Source: Gemmatimonadaceae bacterium (GTDB lineage: Bacteria; Gemmatimonadota; Gemmatimonadetes; Gemmatimonadales; Gemmatimonadaceae). Taken from it: a stretch of 61,014 nt of DNA. The notes under the pieces were generated by a model, which saw only the letters and a list, made by a program, of their open reading frames with translations, was not told where the DNA came from and did not search any database. The stretch is taken from the NCBI GenBank assembly GCA_036274195.1, contig DASUGD010000178.1, positions 1 to 61,014 on the forward strand, in the 5' to 3' direction. The translations under genes were made by a program, and so were the position numbers. Below, one piece after another: positions 9,649 through 19,958 of this stretch. Position 1 is the first letter of the stretch; each line of letters begins with the position of its first letter.

Positions 9649-9840
9649 CAGGGATGAGGGATGAGGGATGAGGGATGAGGGATGAGGGATGAGGGATGAG
9701 GGATGGGGGATGGGGGAAGAGGGAAGAGGCTTAACGGCGGAACCTTAGGGATGCTCAACTCGTGCGGAGCGGCATCCGGAGGGTTCTCGCCTTCTACCCC
9801 CATCCCTCATCCCTCATCCCTCATCCCCCATCCCTCTTCC
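9649..9840. repeat. Inverted heptamer-array element (GGGATGA)n ... (TCATCCC)n
   Basis: About 7 tandem gggatga copies at 9651-9700 and about 3 tcatccc copies at 9797-9835 flanking an ~80 nt spacer. Intergenic between the VOC and RidA genes. Confidence 0.9.
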
Positions 9841-9898
9841 TTGACTTCGAGCACGCTCTAACTCGTAGCATGACTCCCTACCCCAGAGGAGTCATGCC

Positions 9899-10297
9899 AT
9901 GCCAACGTCCACCATTCAGCGCATCAACCCACCAACCCTTCCCACGCCACCGGGCTACAGCCAGATCGCCGTGGCATCCGGCGGCTCTTTGATCGTCATC
10001 GCCGGCCAGGTCGCGCTGGACAAACAGGGCCAGGTCGTCGGGCTCGGGGACTTCGCGTCGCAAGCGACGCAGGTGTTCCGTAACCTCATCGCCGCGCTCG
10101 ACGCCGCCGGCGCCAACCCGCGCCACCTCGTCAAGCTCACCACGTTCGTGACCGATCTCTCCCACCTTCCGGCCTTTCGTCAGGTTCGCGACCAGTTCCT
10201 GGATGCGGAGCACCCACCGGCGAGCACGCTGTTGCAGGTGTCGCGGCTCTTTCGGCCGGAATTCCTCCTTGAAGTCGAAGCAATGGCCTATCGATGA
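9899..10297 (+). CDS. RidA/YjgF/L-PSP family reactive-intermediate deaminase
   Basis: 132 aa. PPGYSQIAVASGGSLIVIAGQVALD...HLVKLTTFVTDL...LQVSRL matches the RidA family pattern. Confidence 0.9.
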   Translation: MPTSTIQRINPPTLPTPPGYSQIAVASGGSLIVIAGQVALDKQGQVVGLGDFASQATQVFRNLIAALDAAGANPRHLVKLTTFVTDLSHLPAFRQVRDQFLDAEHPPASTLLQVSRLFRPEFLLEVEAMAYR

Positions 10298-10677
10298 CGA
10301 TCACCGAGCTTGCCGGCGCCACGGGCGTGTCGAAGCACACGCTGCGCTACTACGAGCGAGTAGGGCTCGTCCCACTCGTCGACCGCGATCCCTCGAGCCG
10401 CCATCGCCGCTACAGCGACGGCCACATCCGGTGGATCGAATTTCTCCGCGACCTTCGCGCGTGTGGCATGCCCATCCGGGAGATTCGCGCGTACGCGCGA
10501 CTCGTGGCCAAGGGCGACAGCACCTGGGCTGCGCGCCAGGCGATGCTGGCCACGCATCGCAGCCACGTCGTGGCGACCATTGCCGCGCTGCAGCGGCACC
10601 GCGCGCTGCTCGACAGAAAGCTCCGCGCCGGCTGTGCCCCCGGTGACCTGAAGCCCAAACACGACTCGGCCCGTTAG
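10294..10677 (+). CDS. MerR family transcriptional regulator
   Basis: 127 aa. N-terminal HTH ITELAGATGVSKHTLRYYERVGL. ATGA overlap with the upstream RidA gene. Confidence 0.9.
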   Translation: MTITELAGATGVSKHTLRYYERVGLVPLVDRDPSSRHRRYSDGHIRWIEFLRDLRACGMPIREIRAYARLVAKGDSTWAARQAMLATHRSHVVATIAALQRHRALLDRKLRAGCAPGDLKPKHDSAR

Positions 10678-10707
10678 GCATCGCAGGGCAGCAATGCCTA
10701 ACGGGCC
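10668..10707. terminator. Hairpin built from an inverted pair of the CGTTAGGC motif; contains the MerR gene stop codon
   Basis: ggcccgttaggcat-cgcagggcagca-atgcctaacgggcc: a 14-bp perfect stem between convergent genes. No U-tract follows, so intrinsic-terminator function is uncertain. Confidence 0.6.
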
Positions 10708-10766
10708 GAGGTCGAGCGTGGCCAGCGCGGGAGGTCGGCTGACCATTGCTCGACGATCTATGACCG

Positions 10767-11360
10767 CTACTGCGCGTTCGCGCAGCTTACCTTGGGGTTC
10801 CACAACCCGAACATGCCGCTCGGGTTCGGGCGCCATCCCCAGATGTGCAGCGCCCACACGTTGAGCGGCGGGCCGAGCGCCGTGAACGGCTGACCGAGCA
10901 GCGTCGGTGCCGTCGCCGACAACGAGAGCGGGACGATGTAGTCCACGCCCACGAGGTTCATCTGGCCGTTCGGGCCAGGCTCGTACATCACGAGCTCGGG
11001 ACGCAGGAGCTCCACGTTCGCGTCCACGAGGTCGGGGTTGAGGTAGTGGAACCCTTGTGCACCATCCGGCGACGCCGCACAGCCGACCGGGAACTGCTGG
11101 GTGTACCCTCCGCCGCCTTGGGACGTCGGACGCGTTGCGATCGCGATGTCGTGGAATCGCTGCGTCACTTGCTTCACTTGCGCGATGGCCTGCTTCTGAG
11201 CGGGCGTCAGCTCACCGTTGTTGAAGGTGCGAGCCATGCCCGCATGAAGGGCGTGAGCAGTGGGCACCTGGGCGGCCGTAGGGGGTGCCTCCGGCGTTGG
11301 GGAACATGCCGCGGTCAGGGTGACCGCAGTGACTGCGAGGAACAGGTGGCGCTGGCGCAT
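10767..11360 (-). CDS. Hypothetical lipoprotein
   Basis: Start trimmed to MRQRHLFLAVTAVTLTAAC (lipobox), which removes the overlap with the divergent sigma gene. No recognisable domain. Confidence 0.65.
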   Translation of the reverse strand: MRQRHLFLAVTAVTLTAACSPTPEAPPTAAQVPTAHALHAGMARTFNNGELTPAQKQAIAQVKQVTQRFHDIAIATRPTSQGGGGYTQQFPVGCAASPDGAQGFHYLNPDLVDANVELLRPELVMYEPGPNGQMNLVGVDYIVPLSLSATAPTLLGQPFTALGPPLNVWALHIWGWRPNPSGMFGLWNPKVSCANAQ

Positions 11361-11568
11361 GTCGAGCTCCGGGGTTGTGGGCCGAGAGTACCACGAGAGC
11401 GAGGGGGCCATCCGTAGAAGCCGAAAACTCCGCCGAACCGGCTCATCGATCCGGCTCATCGCCCGCCACCCGACCTTGCCTGGCCGTCAAGCCGGCCCGT
11501 ATGATCTTCGCGCACCCGCCTTCCTGTCGCGCAACCACACCCAGCGCGCCGGAGCGCCCGGAGGCCCG

Positions 11569-12152
11569 ATGGCTCCCTCGCACGAGAACACCCCCACCCC
11601 GCCCGACGATGACCAATCGGCCTCGCTCGCAGGGCCGAGCGAGGCCGGAAAGGAATTGGACGACGTCTTCCCGGCGGTCTATGAGGAGCTCAAGCGGGTC
11701 GCGCACCGGCATCTGCGCGGCGAGCGAACGGAGCACACGCTGGGCACGACGGCTCTCGTGCACGAGGCCTACCTCGAGCTCGCCAAGCTCGACAACGTCC
11801 GCTGGCCGGGACGTCCGTACATGCTCGCCGCGGCGTCCAAGGCCATGCGGCGGATCCTGATCGACTACGCGGTCGCGCGGCGCGCGCAGAAGCGCGGTGG
11901 CGGCGCCGAGGCCGACCCTCTGGACGATGCGGTCGCCATGGCGGTGTCGCGCGGCGACGAGCTGTTGGCGCTCGACGAAGCGCTCGAGCGCCTCGCCGCG
12001 GTCAACGAACGATACGGCCGCGTGGTCGAGTGCCGGTTCTACGGCGGCATGAGCGTCGAGGAGACGGCGGAGGCGTTAGGCACGTCACCGGCCACGGTGA
12101 AGCGCGACTGGACCATGGCGCGCGCGTGGCTCAACCGCGAGCTCGGCGACGG

Positions 12153-12156
<4 letters not shown>
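11569..12156 (+). CDS. ECF-type RNA polymerase sigma factor (TIGR02999/ECF43-like)
   Basis: Start trimmed to MAPSHEN. Region 2 ELDDVFPAVYEELKRVAHRHL...ALVHEAYLEL, region 4 RVVECRFYGGMSVEETAEALGTSPATVKRDW. Stop overlaps the start of the downstream kinase (ATGA). Confidence 0.85.
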
Positions 12157-13193
<1,037 letters not shown>

Positions 13194-13209
13194 TCGTTAG
13201 CCTTTAGTC

Positions 13210-14214
13210 TTGAGCTACCGACTACCGACTATCGACTCACAGCTTCACATGGTATCGCTCGATCAGGCATCCGAGTCGGATTCGTCGCTCCTGTCGAATC
13301 TCGTGGAGCTGTACATCCACGACATGAGCGAGGTGTTCCCTCATGTCCAGCTCGGGCCGGACGGCCGGTTCGGTTACTCGCGGTTGCCGCTCTACTGGTC
13401 CGAGCCGGATCGTCGGTTCGCGTTTCTCATTCGCTGCGACGGCAAGATCGGCGGCTTCATTCTGGTGACGCGCGGTTCGCCTGCCGAGACCGACCCGAAC
13501 GTCCTCGACGTGGCCGAGTTCTTCGTCCTTCGCCAGTACCGCCGCGCCGGGACGGGACGTGAGGCGGCAGCTCTGCTTTGGAATCGCCTCCACGGCAGGT
13601 GGATCGTGCGCGTGCTCGAGAAGAACGCCCCCGCACTGGCGTTCTGGCGCGAGACGATTGCAACGTTCACGGGCAGACGATTCGACGAGCGGCGGCTGAC
13701 CACCGGGCCTAACGACTGGCGGGTGCTCTCCTTCGACAGCGGGCTACAGACGCCCGGCGCCAGCTCTGACCTTGCAACCCATCATGGCCATCTGACGCCG
13801 GGGATGAGGCACTCGATCGCTCACGTCGCCCTCCTGGTTCGCGACTACGACGAAGCCATTGCGTTCTACACGCAGAAGGTCGGCTTCACGCTCGTCGAGG
13901 ACACGTACCAGCCAGAGCAGGACAAGCGATGGGTCGTCGTGGCGCCCGCGGGGTCCAGCGGCACCACGCTGCTGCTCGCCCGGGCCTCCACGCCCGAGCA
14001 GGCCCAATTCATTGGCGATCAAGCAGGCGGACGCGTGTTCCTGTTCCTGAGAACCGACGACTTCTGGCGTGACTATAACCGGATGACCGCCGCCGGTGTC
14101 CGGTTCGTCCGACCACCTAACGTGGCGGCGTATGGTACGGTGGCGGTATTCGAGGACCTGTACGGGAATCGATGGGACTTGATCGAGCACGACGCCGCAT
14201 CGCCACACGTCTGA
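13210..14214 (+). CDS. Fusion protein: N-terminal GNAT-like acetyltransferase domain plus C-terminal VOC/glyoxalase domain
   Basis: 334 aa. N-terminal half has an acetyltransferase-like fold (FLIRCDGKIGGFILV...EFFVLRQYRRAGTG). C-terminal half has VOC motifs (IAHVALLVRDYDEAIAFY..LGF). Start may be the internal ATG near 13249. Confidence 0.7.
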   Translation: MSYRLPTIDSQLHMVSLDQASESDSSLLSNLVELYIHDMSEVFPHVQLGPDGRFGYSRLPLYWSEPDRRFAFLIRCDGKIGGFILVTRGSPAETDPNVLDVAEFFVLRQYRRAGTGREAAALLWNRLHGRWIVRVLEKNAPALAFWRETIATFTGRRFDERRLTTGPNDWRVLSFDSGLQTPGASSDLATHHGHLTPGMRHSIAHVALLVRDYDEAIAFYTQKVGFTLVEDTYQPEQDKRWVVVAPAGSSGTTLLLARASTPEQAQFIGDQAGGRVFLFLRTDDFWRDYNRMTAAGVRFVRPPNVAAYGTVAVFEDLYGNRWDLIEHDAASPHV

Positions 14215-14315
14215 CACGTTCGTGACCCACTCGACTTGGCGAAACGCTGCGCGGTCTCGTAGCGTAGATCGATGGTGTTCCACCCCATGCACACGCGAGC
14301 CCATGTGAGACGTCG

Positions 14316-14876
14316 GTGACGACCCTCTTCCTCTGGTGTGGTGTCCTCGGTGGTGCAGTGCTCATCCTCCAGCTCGTCGCTGGAGTCTTCGGGTTGGCGG
14401 GTCTGCACGACCATGACCTGTCGCACCCCCACGAGGGAAGCGAGGGATTGAGCCTCCTCTCCATTCGCGCGGTTGCCGCGGGCCTTGCTTTCTTCGGAAT
14501 CGCTGGCCTCGCCGCGCGCTCGCTCGGAGCGCCTGTGGCGCTCGCGGTGGCGCTGGCTGCAGGCTTCAGTGCCGCCATCGGTGTCACCGCCATGATCCGG
14601 GTCTTCCGCCGCTTCGAGCGCGATGGCACACTCGCACTCGAGTCCGCGGTCGGAAGTACGGGGACTGTCTATCTGTCGGTTCCGGGGCGACGGTCCGGTG
14701 TGGGCAAGGTCCACATCACGGTCCAGAACCGGCTCGTCGAGTGCCGGGCGGTGACCACAGACGATTCGCTCCCCACTGGCGCGCCGGTTCTCGTGATCGA
14801 TCTCGAAAGCAACGATACCGTGGTCGTCGTCAGGAATCCCATCCTCTTGAGCGAGGTTTCCAATGCTGCCGTTTGA
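14316..14876 (+). CDS. NfeD family membrane protein
   Basis: 186 aa with hydrophobic N-terminal TM helices and a C-terminal OB-fold-like region (GKVHITVQNRLVECRAVTTDDSLPTGAPVLVIDLESNDTVVVV). Directly upstream of, and overlapping, an SPFH/flotillin gene, which is the classic arrangement. Confidence 0.8.
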   Translation: MTTLFLWCGVLGGAVLILQLVAGVFGLAGLHDHDLSHPHEGSEGLSLLSIRAVAAGLAFFGIAGLAARSLGAPVALAVALAAGFSAAIGVTAMIRVFRRFERDGTLALESAVGSTGTVYLSVPGRRSGVGKVHITVQNRLVECRAVTTDDSLPTGAPVLVIDLESNDTVVVVRNPILLSEVSNAAV

Positions 14877-16608
14877 GCTGGCCGCCGTCATCCAGGATCC
14901 CGGCCTCGGCATCTCCCCCCTCACCCTCGCGGGTCCGGTGCTCGGGGCCGTCGTGGTGCTCGGAATGCTCATCCTGTTTGCGTCGCGCTACCGGCGATGC
15001 CCGGCGAACCGCGTATTGGTGATCTCGGGCAAGGTGGGTGGCGAGGGGAGCGCGCGGTGCATCTCGGGCGGTGGCGCGTTCGTGTGGCCCGTTATCCAGG
15101 AGTACGCGTACCTGTCGCTCGAGCCCATCCAGATCGACATCCCGCTCAAGGACGCGCTCTCGTTCGAGAACATCCGCGTTGCCGTCCCGAGCGTGTGCAC
15201 GGTGGCCATTGGCACCGAAGACGAAGTGCGCCAGAACGCAGCGATTCGCTTGTTAGGCCTCCCCCACGATCAGATCAAGCGCCAATCGCAGGACATCATC
15301 TTCGGACAGTTCCGGCAGGTGATCGCGTCGATGAAGATCGAGGAGATCAACCGTGACCGCGAAGCGTTCCTCCACCGCATCCAGTCATCGCTCGAGCCGG
15401 AGCTGAAGAAGATCGGCCTCGTGCTCATCAACGTGAACATCACCGACCTGAAGGACGAGTCGGGGTACATCGAAGCCATCGGGAAGAAGGCGGCGGCGAC
15501 CGCCGTCCAGCAGGCCCGTGGCGATGTGGCCGAACAGGAGAAGCTGGGCGAGATCCGCGTGGCCGAAGCGGAACGCGATCGCAGCGTGCAGGTGGCGAGC
15601 GCCACCAAATCTCGCGAGATCGGGATGCGCGAGGCGGAGCGCGACAAGCTCGTTAGGGTGGCCGAGCTCGAGAAGGAGCAGAAGTTCGGCGAGACGGCGG
15701 CGGCACTGGAGCGCGAAGCGCTCATCAAGCAGAAACAGCGAGAGCAGGCGGTGCTCGTCGCGGAGCTCGACAAGGAACAGCGGGTCGGGGAGCAGCGAGC
15801 GGCGTTCGAGCGCGACGCGCAGGTGAAGGATGCCGAGCGTCAGCGCCGCGTCGCGGTGGCAAGTGCCGAAGCGGCGGCGATCGCCGGCGAGGCCGAATCG
15901 CAGGCAGCGATGGCCGCCGCCCGCGCGCAACTCTCGGTGCGAGAGGCCGAGGCCTACCAACTCTCCGAGACGAAGAAGCGCGAGGCGGAAGCGGCGGTGA
16001 AGGAAGCGCAGAACCGTGCCATGGCCAAGGCAGCGATCGCCGAAGCCGAGCGCGTCGAAGCCGAGCGCCGCGCCGCGGTCGAAGCTCCGGCGCGGGCCGA
16101 GAAGGCGAAAACGATCGTCGAAGCCGAGGCGGCCGCGGAGCGGCGTCGCATCGAAGCCGAGGCCGAGGCGCGAGCGATCTACATCAAGCTCGAAGCCGAA
16201 GCGCGCGGCCAGTACGAGATCCTCGCGAAGAAGGCCGAAGCCATGAAGGAGCTCGTGCAGGCGGCCGGAGGCGCCAAGGAGGCGTTCCAATTACTCATGG
16301 TCGAGCACCTCGACCAGCTGGCCGAGACGTCGGCGAAGGCGATATCGAACATCAAGTTCGATAAAGTGGTCGTGTGGGACTCGGGCAACGGAGGGGCGAG
16401 CGCGTCGGGATTCTTGCAGAGCATGGCCAAGACGTTGCCGCCCATGATGCACGTGCTTCGCGACATCGCGGACGTCGAGCTTCCGGGGCTCGGCAAGTTG
16501 GCGCCCGATGTGGACGGTACGTCGGGTGAACGCCCGCTCGTTGCCGGCGATGACTCGGCGGTGACGCGCCGGGTCTCGGCCGAACGGGATGCGGTGGCAG
16601 GAACGTAG
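14863..16608 (+). CDS. Flotillin-like SPFH/band-7 domain protein (YqiK/FloA-like)
   Basis: 581 aa. N-terminal TM segment, SPFH domain (RVLVISGKVGG...VWPVIQEYAYLSLEPIQIDI), then a long E/A/R/K-rich coiled-coil region. Confidence 0.9.
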   Translation: MLPFELAAVIQDPGLGISPLTLAGPVLGAVVVLGMLILFASRYRRCPANRVLVISGKVGGEGSARCISGGGAFVWPVIQEYAYLSLEPIQIDIPLKDALSFENIRVAVPSVCTVAIGTEDEVRQNAAIRLLGLPHDQIKRQSQDIIFGQFRQVIASMKIEEINRDREAFLHRIQSSLEPELKKIGLVLINVNITDLKDESGYIEAIGKKAAATAVQQARGDVAEQEKLGEIRVAEAERDRSVQVASATKSREIGMREAERDKLVRVAELEKEQKFGETAAALEREALIKQKQREQAVLVAELDKEQRVGEQRAAFERDAQVKDAERQRRVAVASAEAAAIAGEAESQAAMAAARAQLSVREAEAYQLSETKKREAEAAVKEAQNRAMAKAAIAEAERVEAERRAAVEAPARAEKAKTIVEAEAAAERRRIEAEAEARAIYIKLEAEARGQYEILAKKAEAMKELVQAAGGAKEAFQLLMVEHLDQLAETSAKAISNIKFDKVVVWDSGNGGASASGFLQSMAKTLPPMMHVLRDIADVELPGLGKLAPDVDGTSGERPLVAGDDSAVTRRVSAERDAVAGT

Positions 16609-16618
16609 TGGCACGATT

Positions 16619-16655
16619 GACGGCAGACCGTAGAGAACTGCAGTTCTCTGCCGTC
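16619..16655. terminator. Palindromic hairpin between convergent flotillin and PQQ-dehydrogenase genes
   Basis: gacggcaga(ccgta)gagaactgc|gcagttctctgccgtc. Shares the gacggcagagaactgcag unit with the element at 29103-29270. Confidence 0.6.
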
Positions 16656-16657
16656 TC

Positions 16658-18832
16658 CTATCTCGCGCCCCGCCACGACGGTCTGGCTACATCCGCCTGG
16701 ACCACCAGCCTCACGTACATCCCTGCCGCCGCATGCCCGGGCACTGCACATGCGATCAGATAGTTCCCCGCGCGACTCGCGCTGAACCGAAAGACCTGGC
16801 TCCGCCCGGACCCGACGCCCGCTTCGGCACTCGCACTCTCCGCGCCCGCAAAGACCGCCCCGGGGATCGTGAGCGGGATCGTGTCCCGCGACGCGATCAC
16901 GCGCGCGGAGTGCGGCGCGGCGTCCGCGTTGTGCAGGCGAACCTCCACGGTCCAGCCTAACGGGACAACGAACGTCTCCCCACCGTTTGCGGCCGAGTTG
17001 AAGCTCATCGCGCGGCTGTCCGCGTCGACACCGATCCAGGCCACACGCTGCGCGCCGGAATAGGCGAGACGCGAGCCGACCCGCGTTGCGCCGTCCGGCG
17101 GCCAGGTCTCCGCGCGATCCGGCGTCGATGAGGGTATCGAACGCTCGGCCGCCATCATCGGTGCCGCGCGATCGCCGCCAAGACCGAAGACGATCAGCGC
17201 CGATCCGCGAGACTCCGAGTAGCGACTTCCGGCGGCCACCACGGCGATGAACTGTTCGCCGTCCAGCTCGAAGCTCACTGGCGGGGCGTTCACCCCCGCA
17301 CCACAGAAAAACTCCCAGAGCGGACGACCAGTGCGCGCGTCGTACGCGCGAAACCAACCGTCGTTCTCTCCCACGAACAGCAGCCCGCCAGCCGTGGCGA
17401 GCGCGCCACTCCACAGCCAGCCCGTGCGTCGCTGCCACGCAATCTTGCCGGTCGACGGACGGATCGCGCTGATGGTGCCGTACGTCGATTCCGCCTCCAC
17501 AGGCTCCAGGCGCCCACCGGTCCAGATCTCGCCCTTCTGCGCCTCCTGTTCGGCCCGCGTTAGGGTGAACACGAAGTGCATCCCGAGCACGTACAGGAGA
17601 CCCGTCGACGGCGAGTACGCGGACGGCGGCCAGTTCGCACCGCCAGCCGGACCGGGCGCCGTAACGACGCCTTCCTTCGTCGGCACGGCGAACAGGTTGC
17701 GCTGCGGCACGAACGGCTCGGAGCGACGCACCAGACGACCGGTCGAGGCGTCGAGCACGTACACCCATCCCATCTTGCTCGGAACGAGCAGCAGCTTCCG
17801 ATTCCCGTCGGGAACGATCACCGGCGGCGTCGCGAGGTCGTAGTCCCAGACGTCGTGCGGGACAGCCTGGAAATACCACCGCATCTTTCCGGTCGCGACG
17901 TCGAGCGCCACGACGGAGCCAGTGTAGAGATTGTCGCCCGGGCGGTTTCGGCCGTCATTGCTCGGCGCCGGATTGCCGACCACGACGAACAGCGTTCCGG
18001 ACTCCGCGTCGAACGCCGGCTGTGCCCACACCGGCCCGCCGCCGGTTCGCCAGCTCTCCGCAAATGTCGCGGAATCCCTACGCTCCTGCGCGATGTCTCT
18101 GCCTAACGATTCGCCGGTCGGCGCGGTCGCCACCCACTTGCCCCACCAGCCGCCTTCCTCCGGCGACGGGATCGCGTACCATCGCCACAACCGCGCACCA
18201 GTCGCCATGTCGTACGCCGTGACGCTGCCGCGGGTCGGGAATTCCCCGCCCGACGTGCCCACAATGACACGGTCGTTCACGATGACCGGCGCCATCGTTA
18301 TGCTGTACCCCGAGTCGGGGTCGGCGTTGACCGCTTCCCACCGCACGGCCCCGGTGGCCGCGTCGAGCGCGATGACGCGCGCGTCGATCGTTCCGAGGAA
18401 CACGGCGCCGCCCGACACGGCGACGCCCCGGTTCACCGGGCCACAACACGGCTTGCCCTTGTCGATCGTCGGTTCGTATCGCCAGAGCTGCTTCCTGGTT
18501 CGCAGGTCGAACGCCGTGACGACGTCATAGTCGGACGACACGTACAGGCGGCCGTCGAGGACAATCGGCGTCGCTTCGGCACCCGAGTTCGGGTGCGCCA
18601 TCTGGATCTGCAACAGTGCGCGCGGTGCCAGCCGCGCGACGTTGCCCGGGGTCAGCTGACGGAGGGGCGAGTAGCGCTGGTTATGGTAGTCGTGCCCGTT
18701 GTGTGGCCACTCGCCCGGCGAGGGTCGCGCGAGATCGCGTGGAGGCGTCGACGGGATTGTCGTCGGCTTCACCACTTGGGCGCGAGCGACAGCGGGGAGC
18801 AGCGCGAGGCTGGCGATCAGGCGAAGCCGCAT
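16658..18832 (-). CDS. PQQ-dependent alcohol dehydrogenase-family quinoprotein with a C-terminal cupredoxin (type-1 copper) domain
   Basis: Start trimmed to MRLRLIASLALLPAVARA (signal). Eight PQQ beta-propeller blades (..DLRTRKQLWRY.., ..DAATGAVRWE.., etc.) and the vicinal GKPCCGPVNRG Cys-Cys. The C-terminal ~150 aa carries HNADAAPH...CAVPGHAAAGM (C-x4-H-x4-M), which is azurin-like. Confidence 0.85.
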   Translation of the reverse strand: MRLRLIASLALLPAVARAQVVKPTTIPSTPPRDLARPSPGEWPHNGHDYHNQRYSPLRQLTPGNVARLAPRALLQIQMAHPNSGAEATPIVLDGRLYVSSDYDVVTAFDLRTRKQLWRYEPTIDKGKPCCGPVNRGVAVSGGAVFLGTIDARVIALDAATGAVRWEAVNADPDSGYSITMAPVIVNDRVIVGTSGGEFPTRGSVTAYDMATGARLWRWYAIPSPEEGGWWGKWVATAPTGESLGRDIAQERRDSATFAESWRTGGGPVWAQPAFDAESGTLFVVVGNPAPSNDGRNRPGDNLYTGSVVALDVATGKMRWYFQAVPHDVWDYDLATPPVIVPDGNRKLLLVPSKMGWVYVLDASTGRLVRRSEPFVPQRNLFAVPTKEGVVTAPGPAGGANWPPSAYSPSTGLLYVLGMHFVFTLTRAEQEAQKGEIWTGGRLEPVEAESTYGTISAIRPSTGKIAWQRRTGWLWSGALATAGGLLFVGENDGWFRAYDARTGRPLWEFFCGAGVNAPPVSFELDGEQFIAVVAAGSRYSESRGSALIVFGLGGDRAAPMMAAERSIPSSTPDRAETWPPDGATRVGSRLAYSGAQRVAWIGVDADSRAMSFNSAANGGETFVVPLGWTVEVRLHNADAAPHSARVIASRDTIPLTIPGAVFAGAESASAEAGVGSGRSQVFRFSASRAGNYLIACAVPGHAAAGMYVRLVVQADVARPSWRGAR

Positions 18833-18954
18833 GGTCGGTCGCGGAGGGGATGCGGGCGAATATGGGACGGCCACCTGCCAAGTCGCAACGTCGGTTGCGG
18901 CGTTCAGGCCCCGCGCTAACTTCGCGTCATCCCCTTCAAGTTCCCGGAGAGCCA

Positions 18955-19824
18955 ATGGACACGCGCACGAGCGACGGCAAGAAAGAGGTGGGAGTCTACC
19001 TCGGCCTCACGTTCGGACTGAGCGCCATCTTCTGGGCCCTCATCATTTCCGCCGGCAGCCTCGGCGTGCACGGTGGGGCCTACGTGTTGGCGCTCATGTG
19101 GTGTCCCGGCGTGAGCGCGCTCATCACCCGCCTCATCTTCCAACGCAACGTTCGCGGCGAAGGTTGGGGGCTCGGCCAGCCTCGCTGGCTGGTGCTCGCG
19201 TACGTGCTGCCGATCATCTACGCGACGGTCGTCTATGGTCTGGTGTGGCTCACGGGTCTCGGTGGCGTCGACCTCGGCCGGTTCACAACGCCGGTCGTCA
19301 CGTTCCTGGTCATGGGTACGATCCAGAACGTGATGGCGGCGACGGGAGAGGAGCTCGGTTGGCGCGGCTTCCTCGTCCCGATGCTCATGCGCTCGAAGTC
19401 CTTCAAGCAGACGGCGATCATCAGCGGGATCACGTGGGCCGGGTGGCATGTTCCGCTGATCATCGGCGCGGACTACAACGGTGGCACGCCGCCGTGGTAC
19501 TCGGTGCTCTGTTTCGCCGTGATGGTCGTGGCGATGGGCTTCCCCTTCGCGTGGCTGCGATTGCGCTCGGGCAGCGTGTGGCCGGCGGCGCTTCTGCACG
19601 CGTCCCACAACCTGTTCGTGCAGGCGTTCTTCGATCGGGTGACGGTAGACACGGGGCCGACCAAGTGGCTGACGGGCGAGTTCGGCGCGGGGCTCGCGCT
19701 GGCGTTCATCGCTATCGCCTGGATCTTCTGGCGCGCGCGCGTGTCGGTGGAAGAGCCTAACGAAGCCGGCGTGGGCCGCGGCGCCGCCACTCCGATGGCG
19801 GACACGGTGCCCGTCGGGCGCTGA
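18955..19824 (+). CDS. CPBP family intramembrane glutamic endopeptidase (CAAX protease-like)
   Basis: Start trimmed to MDTRTSDGKK. Multiple TM helices, EELGWRGFL (EExxxR) and HASHN (HxxxN) motifs. Confidence 0.85.
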   Translation: MDTRTSDGKKEVGVYLGLTFGLSAIFWALIISAGSLGVHGGAYVLALMWCPGVSALITRLIFQRNVRGEGWGLGQPRWLVLAYVLPIIYATVVYGLVWLTGLGGVDLGRFTTPVVTFLVMGTIQNVMAATGEELGWRGFLVPMLMRSKSFKQTAIISGITWAGWHVPLIIGADYNGGTPPWYSVLCFAVMVVAMGFPFAWLRLRSGSVWPAALLHASHNLFVQAFFDRVTVDTGPTKWLTGEFGAGLALAFIAIAWIFWRARVSVEEPNEAGVGRGAATPMADTVPVGR

Positions 19825-19958
19825 CTCAGGGGGAACCCTCAACCGACGGCCGGGGCCTGCCTCACGGGTGGGCCGCTTGTCATTGACAAAACAGACGGGG
19901 AGTCATAACGACAGGGGCAGCCGAGTACGCACGACCATCTTACCAACGGGAGGCACTC

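Noticed and set aside
9649-9840. CRISPR array hypothesis for the tandem heptamer arrays (also 537-587 and 22598-22720)
   Set aside because: Repeat units are only 7 nt and directly abut each other with no spacers. The arrays occur as inverted pairs forming hairpins. No cas genes are present.
16179-17879. 566-aa minus-strand ORF overlapping flotillin and PQQ-dehydrogenase genes
   Set aside because: It is out of frame with both well-supported genes and has an Arg-rich, low-complexity translation.
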